A DNA stretch of 64,000 bases. It comes from Eledone cirrhosa (Eukaryota). Below are positions 56,211 to 64,000 of this stretch, in pieces. The stretch is taken from positions 298,220,001 to 298,284,000 of the forward strand of contig OZ024743.1 of the NCBI GenBank assembly GCA_964016885.1. The letters are read 5' to 3'. Positions within the stretch are counted from its first letter, which is position 1. Each line of letters opens with the position of its first letter. Below the pieces are notes generated by a model. The model was not told where the DNA came from and searched no databases. It saw only the letters and a list, made by a program, of their open reading frames with translations. The position numbers and the translations under genes are program-made.

Positions 56211-58470
56211 GCGTTGGTGTTAGTGTTTCCATTAGTGTTAGTGTTTGATTTTGTATTAGTGTTAGCATTTTTGTTAGTGTTAGTGTTTGTGTTAGTGTTC
56301 AGGTTAATGCTGACTTAGTTTTCTGGTTAGTGTTAGTTTTCAGGTTAGGGCTCGTGTTACTTTTAGTGTTAGTGCTCAGGTTAGTGGTTTATGGTAGTGT
56401 TAGTTTTAGTGGTAGTGTTAGTGTTCAGGTCAATGTTCGTGTTAATGTCAGTTTTAGTGTTAGTGTTTACGGTAGTGTTAGTTTTAGTGTTAGTGTTATT
56501 TTTTCCATTAGTGTTAGTGTTCAAGTTAATGTTAGTGTTAGTTTTAGTGTTAAGGTTAGTGTTAGAGATTGTGTTAGTGTTAGTATTTGTTTTTGTGTTA
56601 ATATTTGTGTTATTATCTCTGTTAGCATTAGTATTTGATATTTCCATTAGTGTTAGTGATTGTGTTAAGGTTAGCGTTAATGTTAGCGTTAGTATTTCTG
56701 TTAGTGTTAGCATTAGTGTTTATGTTAGTGTTCAGGTTAATGTTAGCTTAGTTTTCAGGTTAGAGTTAGTGTTCAAGTTAATGTTAGTTTTAGTGTTAGT
56801 GTTGAGGTTAGTGTTAGAGATTGCGTTAGTGTTTATTTTTGTGTTAATATTTGTGTTAGTATCTCTGTTAGCATTAGTGATTGATGTTTCCATTAGTGTT
56901 AGTGATTGTGATAGCGTTAGTCTTTGTTTTTGTGTTAATGTTAGCATTAGTATTTCTGTTAGTGTTAGCATGACTGTTAGAGTTCAGGTTAATGTTAGCT
57001 TAGTTTTCAGGTTAGTGTTAATGTTCAAGTTAATCTTAGTGTTAGTTATAGTGTTAGAGATTGTGTTAGTGTTTGTTTTTGTGTTAGTATCTCTGTTAGT
57101 GTTAGTTTTAGTGTAAGTGTTCAGGTTAGTGTTCAAGTTAATGTTAGTGTTAGTTTTAGTGTTAAGGTTAGTGTTAGAGATTGTGTTAGTGCTAGTATTT
57201 GTTTTTGTGTTAATATTTGTGTTAGTATCTCTGTTAGCATTAGTGTTAGTGATTGTGTTAGCGTTAGTCTTTGTTTTTGTGTTAAGGTTAGCGTTAGTAT
57301 TTCTGTTAGTGTTAGCATTAGTGTTTATGTTAGTGTTCAGCTTAATGTTAGCTTAGTTTTCAGGTTAGAGTTAGCGTTCAAGTTAATGTTAGTTTTAGTG
57401 TTAGTGTTGAGCTTAGTGTTAGAGATTGTGTTAGTGTTTGTTTTTGTGTATATATTTGTGTTAGTATCTCTGTTAGTGTTAGTTTTAGTGTAAGTGTTCA
57501 GGTTAGTGTTAGTGTTCAAGTTAACGTTAGTGTTAGTTTTAGTGTTAAGGTTAGTGTTAGAGATTGTGTTAGTGTTACTTTCAGTGTTAGTGCTCAGGTC
57601 AGTGTTAGTGTTTATGGTAGTGTTAGTTTTAGTGCTAGTGTTCAGGCTAATGTTTGTGCTAATGTTAGTTTTAGTGTAAGTGTTCAGGTTAGTGTTAGTG
57701 TTCAAGTTAATGTTAGTGTTAAGGTTAGTGTTAGAGATTGTGTTATTGTTAGTATTTGTTTTTGTGTTAATATTTGTGTTAGTATCTCTGTTAGCATTAG
57801 TGTTAGTGATTGTGTTAGCATTAGTCTTTGTTTTTGTGTTAAGGTTAGCGTTAATGTTAGCGTTAGTATTTCTGTTAGTGTTAGCATTAGTGTTTATGTT
57901 AGTGTTCAGGTTAATGTTAGCTTAGTTTTCAGGTTAGAGTTAGCGTTCAAGTTAACGTTAGTTTTAGTGTTAGTGTTGAGGTTAGTGTTAGAGATTGTGT
58001 TAGTGTTAGTTTTAGTGTTAAGGTTAGTGTTAGAGATTGTGTTAGTGTTAGTATTTGTTTTTGTGTTAATATTTGTGTTAGTATCTTTGTTAGCGTTAGT
58101 GTTTGTTTTAGTGTTGAAGTTAATGTTAGCTTAGATTTCTGGTTAGTATCAGTTTTCAGATTAGTGTTTGTGTTAAGGTTACATTCAGTGTTAGTGCTCA
58201 GGTCAGTGTTAGTGTTTATGGTATTGTTAGTTTTAGCGCTAGTGTTCAGGCTAATGTTTGCGCTAATGTTAGTTTTAGTGTAAGTGTTCAGGTTAGTGTG
58301 AGTGTTTGTATTAGTGTTTACTGTAGTGTTTGTTTTAGTGCTGGTGTTCAGGTTAGTGTTAGTGTCAGTTTTAGTATTAATGTTCTTGTTAGTGTTTGTG
58401 TTAGTTTTCTATTTAATGTTAGTTTTCAGATTTTGTGTTTGTGTTAGTTTTCATGTTAGCGCTAAGTTCA
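56210..58470. repeat. Degenerate (GTTAGT)n hexamer tract containing longer repeated blocks
   Basis: GTTAGT/GTTAAT/TTTAGT periodicity; the block GTTCAAGTTAA...GTTAGAGATTG(T/C)GTTA recurs near 56520, 56770, 57020, 57130, 57375, 57510, 57700 and 57945. Confidence 0.9.
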
Positions 58471-58472
58471 CT

Positions 58473-58544
58473 GTTAGAGCATGTGTGAGTGCAAGTGTTA
58501 GAGCATGTGTGAGTGCAAGTGTTAGATCATGTGTGAGTGCAAGT
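58473..58544. repeat. 24-bp tandem repeat x3 (GTTAGAGCATGTGTGAGTGCAAGT)
   Basis: Two identical copies and a third with two substitutions. Confidence 0.95.
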
Positions 58545-58634
58545 GTTAGGGTAAGTGTTATTTTTAAAGTTCGGTTTTAGCTTAAAGTTAGGTTTTCTAC
58601 TTTCCAGGAAAAAAGTTGATCCTCTCTAACTTGA

Positions 58635-58818
58635 GTGGTGTGATATAGTGTTTCATAGTCTTGTGTGGTGTTGTCTATTGTTGTATAGTGTAGTATGGTA
58701 TATTGTTTCATAGCATGGTGTGAGGTCGTACAGTGTTTTGTAGTGTGTTGTTGGATAATGTGGTATGGTATAATGTTTGTCAATGTGGTGTGGTATGGTA
58801 TAGGTTGATGTAGTGTGG
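58635..58818. repeat. Degenerate GTGTG/GTATG pentamer microsatellite
   Basis: 5-bp GT-rich periodicity. Confidence 0.7.
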
Positions 58819-58829
58819 CTTATTTTGAT

Positions 58830-58873
58830 TATAATAATACAAATAATAATAACAATAATAATAGTAATATTAA
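58830..58873. repeat. Imperfect (AAT)n microsatellite
   Basis: TATAATAATACAAATAATAATAACAATAATAATAGTAAT. Confidence 0.85.
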
Positions 58874-58874
58874 T

Positions 58875-59200
58875 TGTTCTTCTTGTTCATTTTCTTTGTC
58901 TTCTTCTGTGCCTTTGTTTTCTTCTGTGCTTTTGTTTTCTTCTGTGCCTTTGACTGCTTCTGTGCCTTTGACTGCTTCTGTGCCTTTGACTTCTTCTGTG
59001 CCTTTGACTTCTTCTGTGCCTTTGACTTCTTCTGTGCCTTTGACTGCTTCTGTGCCTTTGACTTCTTCTGTGCCTTTATCTTCTCCTCTGCCATCTAAAT
59101 ACCCAAAACAAAGAATGTAAAACATATGTTGCCTATCTCTCAGACTTTACAAAGTGCTGAGGAGATAAAGTTAATTTAAAGAGCAGTGTGCTCATGCACT
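58875..59200 (-). other. Exon-like module, copy 1 (conserved upstream block, T-rich tract, TTTAG|ATGG, purine-rich segment)
   Basis: Minus strand TTCTTTGTTTTGGGTATTTAG|ATGGCAGAGG (ATG at 59094); upstream block (plus strand TCTCAGACTTT...GGAGAT...TTAAT) shared with copies 2 and 3. Confidence 0.45.
58898..59077. repeat. 18-bp minisatellite x10 (TTCTGTGCCTTTGACT(G/T)C)
   Basis: Ten units; the minus strand reads KGTE(E/A)V or KAQK(K/Q)S depending on frame. Confidence 0.95.
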
Positions 59201-59384
59201 GTGATCCTATAATGTAGCTTATAAGCTATTTCATAACTAAAAAACAATGTCAAACATCAACAAAAGTATATACAAATATCTTTGAATGTTTAAGTTAAAC
59301 CTAAATAGATTGTATCTACAGGTCATTAGGTTAAGGCGGAACTAAGATCATATCTATAAATCATTAGGTTTAGACTGAACTGAG

Positions 59385-59590
59385 ATCATACTTTCTTCTT
59401 CTTTTCGTCATCTTCGTTTCCCGTGTCTTCTTTGTCGTTGTTGTCATTTTCATTTTAGTCGTCTGCTTCGTCGTCTTTTTCTTCTTTTCCATCTAAATAT
59501 AAAAAAAAATTCTAAACAAATATATAGCTGATCTCAGACTTTCACGAAACACCGAGGAGATGCAGTTAATATAACGAATGGGGAGCTCAT
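59385..59590 (-). other. Exon-like module, copy 2
   Basis: Minus strand T-rich tract then ATATTTAG|ATGGAAAAGAAG (ATG at 59492), ending AAA|GTATGA (possible donor); same upstream block. Confidence 0.4.
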
Positions 59591-59972
59591 ATATACATAT
59601 ATATATGGTATAGCATGGTGTTATGAGGTCTGGTGTAGTACAACATGGTGTGATGTGGTGTGGTATGATATGGTGAGGCGGAGGGGGGTGGGGGCACAAC
59701 ATTAGATTAATGTTAACAATACACATGTAGCATCCACATGTGATGAGAAGGGGGAAACTGTTTAACTAATTTTAACATTACATGTAGCATCCATCTACAG
59801 GTGATTAAGTTAAGACTGAGGTGTAATCATATGAAAAGGTCAATTTAAAACTACACTGAGATTCTGCTTAAAATGATGGTCAATGAAGTGTTTACTTACT
59901 CAGATCCTTTGACATAACTTTCTCTTACTGTAACTGGACATACCTACGAAATAGAAAACAGTCGAATAGACA

Positions 59973-60304
59973 GTGGTTTGGTGTGGTGTGGTGTAGTGTG
60001 GTGTGGTGTGGTGTAGTGTCGTGTGGTGTAGTGTAGTGTAGTGGAGTGTGGTTTAGTGTAGTGGACAGTGGTGTGGTGGAGTGGAGTGTGGTTCAATGTA
60101 GGGTGGGGGATATGGTGTAGTGGAGTGTGGTGGGATGTAGTGTGATGGCATATGATGTGATGTGGCGTGGCATGGTGAAATGTGATGTGATGAAATGTGG
60201 CATGACATGGTGAAATGTGATGTGATGTGAAGAAATGTGGCGTGGGGTGGTGAAATGAGGCGAGACGAGACGAGACGAGATGTGATGTGGTGTGATGCGA
60301 TGTG
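59973..60304. repeat. Pentamer microsatellite (GTGTG/GTGTA/GTGAT/GAGAC variants)
   Basis: Direct reading, 5-bp period. Confidence 0.9.
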
Positions 60305-60595
60305 AAATTTTTTAATCCTATTTTTCATGTGCTATCAACTAATCCAATCTCCAAGATGCTTGAAACTGACTTTTTCCCCCCAGGAAAACGGCGGGGTGAG
60401 GTGGTTCCCCCTTCACCCGGATAACCCTTGCTTACTCGGAATTTTCTCTTTGATTCTATTTTCATGCGTTATCAGTGAATATGACTTCCAAACCAGTCAA
60501 AAACAACTAGCTTTGGAGAAAGAGGAGAGGGAGAGGGGAAGAGTTTTGCAGATCTACACCCCACTCACATGTTGTGGGACTAATCATTTTCGGTA

Positions 60596-60679
60596 TATTT
60601 CCTGTGCTATTTCCTGTGCTATTTCCTATGCTATTTCCTATGCTATTTCCTATGCTATATCCTGTGCTATTTCTTGTGC
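60596..60679. repeat. 12-bp minisatellite x7 (TATTTCCT(G/A)TGC) in the left arm
   Basis: Direct reading; not expanded in the right arm. Confidence 0.95.
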
Positions 60680-60727
60680 TATTAATTAATCTGACCTCCT
60701 AGATGCTTCCAATCAACTTATTTCCCT

Positions 60728-61105
60728 GGGTTAGGTTTAGGGTTTAAGGTTTAGTTTTAGGGTTGGGGTAAAGTTTAGGGTTTAGTTTTAGGGTTGGGGT
60801 AATGTTTAGGGTCTAGTTTTAGGGTTGGGGTAAAGTTTAGGGTTTAGTTTTAGGTTTGGGGTAAAGTTTAAGGTTTAGGTTTGGGGTAATGTTTAGGGGT
60901 CTAGTTTTAGGGTTGGGGTAATGTTTAGGGTCTAGTTTTAGGGTTGGGGTAAAGTTTAGGGTTTAGTTTTAGGTTTGGGGTAAAGTTTAGGGTTTAGTTT
61001 TAGGGTTGAGGTAATGTTTATATTTAGATTTAGCTTGGTTTGGTTTAGATTTAGAGTTTAGGGTTGGGGCTAGATTTAATTTTATGTTTAATTTAGTTTT
61101 AGTTT
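60728..61105 (+). repeat. Telomere-like G-rich minisatellite, 31-bp unit GGGTTTAGTTTTAGGGTTGGGGTAAAGTTTA, ~8-9 copies with a decaying tail
   Basis: GGGGTA recurs at 60765, 60796 and 60827 (period 31); built from TTTAGGG/TTAGGG/TTGGGG variants. Confidence 0.9.
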
Positions 61106-61429
61106 CCAAATCCCAGAAAAATAAAATTGATTCAGAGCAACTAAAAGGTCAGATTAGTTGATAGCACTCAAAAGGAGACCGAAGAAAAATCATTAGGGTA
61201 TATATCTACAAAACGACAATGGTTTTTCCACCTGCTTTACCCCTCATTTTTCCTAGAACAACTAATCATTTCCAACTGGTTTGGAGGTAATATTCGTTGA
61301 TAACATGAGAAAACTCTGGGGTTAAATGAGAGAAGTGCATCCACCTAAGTTTTCCATGAAGAGAGAGTCAATAACAAACATCTTGGAGTTCGGATTAATT
61401 GATAACATGAAAAAAGAGGAAAAAATTTT

Positions 61430-61760
61430 GGGTGTTATGTGGTGTGTGTGGTGTGAAGTAGTGTGGTGTGTTTTTATGTGGTGTGATGTAGTGAGGTGTG
61501 TTTTTATGTGGTGTGATGTATTGAGGTGTGGTGTGTTGTGGTGCTATGTGGTGTGGAGTAGTGTGATATGTTTTTATGTGGAGTAGTGTGGTGTTTTGTG
61601 TTATAGTGAGGAGTGGTGTGTTGTGTTGTGGTGTTATGTGGTGTGGAGTAGTGTGGTGTAGTGTGGTGTAATGTTGTATGTTTTTATGGAGTGTGGTGAA
61701 GTGTGATGTGGTGCAGTGTGGTGTTGTGCAATGCGGTGTTGTGCAGTGCGGTGCAGTGAT
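61430..61760. repeat. Degenerate GTGTG pentamer microsatellite
   Basis: Direct reading. Confidence 0.9.
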
Positions 61761-61945
61761 GTTCTTCATCTTTATCTTTCTCTTCTTCATCTTTGTATTC
61801 ATCTTCTTTGTTTTGTCTTCCATCTAAACAAAAAAAAAATATATATATAACACATATATGTAGCCAATCTCTCAGACTTTTACAAAGCTCCAGGGAGATA
61901 AATTTAATATAAGGGGTGTGTTCCTGAACAGAGATACTACAAAAT
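61760..61945 (-). other. Exon-like module, copy 3
   Basis: Minus strand poly(T)-GTTTAG|ATGGAAGACAAAAC (ATG at 61823); the upstream block translates EHTPYIKFISLELCKSLRDW. Confidence 0.4.
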
Positions 61946-62105
61946 ATCTTAAAAGCTATATATATATATACATATATATATAAATAAATATACACGGGTG
62001 TGTATGATTGTGTATAGAAGATTATATTAATAAAAGGAATTCCAAATTTGTCTGATTTACTCGTTTTATTTACAATCCTTTAAAATTATAATGGTATTAG
62101 AATGA

Positions 62106-62212
62106 AATAGTATGGTAGAATATTAAGTGTTAAGCGAACAAGTAATTTCATGTGAAAGCATGAAAGTACTTGTTCAATTAACATTTAACACTTAATATTC
62201 TACCATACTATT
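62106..62212. repeat. 107-bp hairpin with a perfect 28-bp outer stem and nested 9-bp and 7-bp stems
   Basis: AATAGTATGGTAGAATATTAAGTGTTAA (62106-62133) is the exact reverse complement of 62185-62212; inside are GAACAAGTA/TACTTGTTC and TTTCATG/CATGAAA with loop TGAAAG. Confidence 0.95.
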
Positions 62213-62242
62213 CAGATTACTTCTATAAAATTCAGATTACAT

Positions 62243-62471
62243 CTACATACATATATATATACATACATACATACACATACATATACATACATACATATAT
62301 ATATACATACATATATATATACATACATATATATATACACATACATACATACATACATATATACATACATACATACATATATACATACATATATATACAT
62401 ACATACATATATACATACATATATATACATACATACATATATACATACATATATATATATACATTCATGCA

Positions 62472-62502
<31 letters not shown>

Positions 62503-62533
62503 GCATATATATGTACATACATATATATATACA
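62243..62533. repeat. (TACA)n/(TA)n compound microsatellite
   Basis: Direct reading. Confidence 0.98.
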
Positions 62534-62936
62534 TGGTGGCTGCCAACTCGTTTTCGAGTACGGCCACTACTTTATATCCATTTAGGAGAACCTCTACCGA
62601 TGCGCTGAACGAGTGTGACTTTTTAGTCCAGCCAGCGACTTGAAAACTCTGGTACAAACACTACACTTGTGACAATTATTGACACATAGTGCTGGGCCCA
62701 TGGTACCATGTGAGGACAAGTGCAGAGAGATCTCCAGATATAAAGCAATGCCTGTGCCGTGAAGCTTTTATAGTGAGCAAAGGCACTGCACAAAGCCAGT
62801 CCCACTCTCTTAACCAAGATGATATTTACCAAAAAGAAGAACAAGTCAACATCATTGGATACCATCAGGGTTGCAGGTGTTATATCAGAGTTTTCCTTCT
62901 CCTAGAATTCTGCCTTGACAAAGGCTAAGGGGTCAT

Positions 62937-63065
62937 CATACATATATATATACATACATATATATATACATACATACATATATACATACATACATATATA
63001 CATACATACATACATACATATATACATACATACATACATATACATACATACATATATACATATAC

Positions 63066-63104
<39 letters not shown>

Positions 63105-63190
63105 CATACATATATATATACATACATACATATATATATATACTTACATATATATATACATACATACATACATATACACATATACATACA

Positions 63191-63226
<36 letters not shown>

Positions 63227-63315
63227 TATATACATACATATATACATATACATACATACATATATATACACATACATACATATATATATATACTTATATA
63301 TACATACATATATAC
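62937..63315. repeat. (TACA)n/(TA)n compound microsatellite
   Basis: Direct reading. Confidence 0.98.
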
Positions 63316-64000
63316 AAAGTATGGGTGCATAAAAGATATAGTGGGATCACAGGTAAGCTAACTAAGAACATAGATTTTACATGTGGCCGGTGCTCTGGTG
63401 CAATAAGTAGCAGCAAGTGCCCACGAAATACTAGCTCTTTCAACTGCGCAGAGGGTTCTATAGAAATAGTGGACAGCTTCCGTTACCTGGGTGACAAAAT
63501 CAGCAGTGAGGCAGGGTGCTCTGAAAGTACAGTAGCTAGAGTCAGAACTGGACGGAAAAAGTTCAGAGAGCTTATACCACTATTAGCCGCTAAAGGGTTC
63601 TCCTAAAAATGAAAGGCAGGTTGTATGATGCCTGCATACGAACAGCAACGTTGCATGGCAGTGAGACCTGGGCATTGTGTGCAGAGGATATACGCAGACT
63701 AGAGAGGAACGAAGATTGCATGCTGGATGTGAACGGCAAAGCATAAACGAACTAAGGAAAAAATTAGAAATAAGAGGGATCAGATGTTGTTTACTCGAGA
63801 GAAGGCTATGTTGGTATGGTCACGTGATGCGCATGAAAGACGATAGCTGTATAACAAAGTGCAGGGCAATAAAGATAGACGGTAGCCACGTAATAGGCAG
63901 ACCCAGAAAAACTTGGGACGAGCTGATAAATTCCGACTTCACACACTTACACCTCTCCAAGACAATGTCACTGGACCGAGACCTTTGGCGGTACTCAGTA
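63316..64000 (+). mobile_element. 5'-truncated, frameshifted non-LTR retrotransposon (RTE-clade LINE), C-terminal part of the RT ORF; runs off the window
   Basis: Three joined frames: [10 protein letters not shown]...FTCGRC...[41 protein letters not shown]; MKGRLYDACIRTATLHGSETW (from 63609); ELRKKL...RRLCWYGHVMRM...GRPRKTW...DRDLWR (from 63749). F.YLG, GSETW, W.GHV.R and GRP..TW are the typical post-RT motifs of RTE elements. Confidence 0.9.

Larger units (their letters stand above)
60305..61428. mobile_element. Foldback-like / MITE-like non-autonomous element: long imperfect inverted arms (60305-60730 and 61112-61428) around a telomere-like core
   Basis: Colinear inverted matches: TTTTTCATGTGCTATCAACTAATCCAATCTCCAAGATGCTTG (60321) vs CAAACATCTTGGAGTTCGGATTAATTGATAACATGAAAAA (61375); AATATGACTTCCAAACCAGT (60478) vs ACTGGTTTGGAGGTAATATT (61275); GTTTTGCAGATCTACACCC (60543) vs GGGTATATATCTACAAAAC (61196); GTGCTATTAATTAATCTGACC...TTATTTCCCTGGG (60676-60730) vs CCCAGAAAAATAA...GGTCAGATTAGTTGATAGCAC (61112-61167). 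No transposase and no TSD identified, so mobility is inferred. Confidence 0.65.

Noticed and set aside
54243-58580. Ala/Asp/Asn/Thr- or Val/Leu-rich ORFs as antifreeze-like or membrane proteins
   Set aside because: Hexamer periodicity opens several frames on both strands, and they are broken by frequent stops and frameshifts.
60728-61105. True telomere
   Set aside because: Short, degenerate, 31-bp periodic, internal and enclosed by inverted arms.
61860-61930. Kinase-like peptide FISLELCKSLRDWL
   Set aside because: Only a short resemblance to a kinase hinge region; the paralogous copies do not conserve it and no other kinase motifs are nearby.
60053-63361. His/Thr-rich and MYVCIY/YIHT ORFs
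   Set aside because: Translations of pentamer and (TACA)n microsatellites.
63325-63606. 93-aa ORF as a host gene
   Set aside because: It is one frame of a frameshifted LINE ORF that continues in other frames.

Overview
Eukaryotic, AT-rich, essentially non-coding window. The (TACA)n/(GTGGT)n microsatellites and the RTE-like LINE suggest an invertebrate such as a cephalopod, but this is inference only. Bases 1 to ~53,900 are a head-to-tail satellite of about 42 units of ~1.3 kb, open at the left edge. Each unit is a higher-order repeat of five diverged ~190-235 bp monomers (A-E) plus a palindromic segment, and units are grouped into 2-4-unit super-repeats with many recombination variants. The array ends in a diverged mosaic monomer, followed by ~4.3 kb of degenerate hexamer repeat. 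Further right are three paralogous exon-like modules, a ~1.1 kb foldback-like element (inverted arms around a telomere-like core), a 107-bp hairpin, microsatellites and a decayed RTE-clade LINE. Main observation: the palindromic segment of the satellite unit looks like an internally deleted copy of the nearby foldback-like element, and the monomers resemble its right-arm sub-repeat, so the satellite may derive from this element family. No intact protein-coding or RNA gene is supported; nearly all ORFs in the track are repeat artefacts. All alignments were done by eye.
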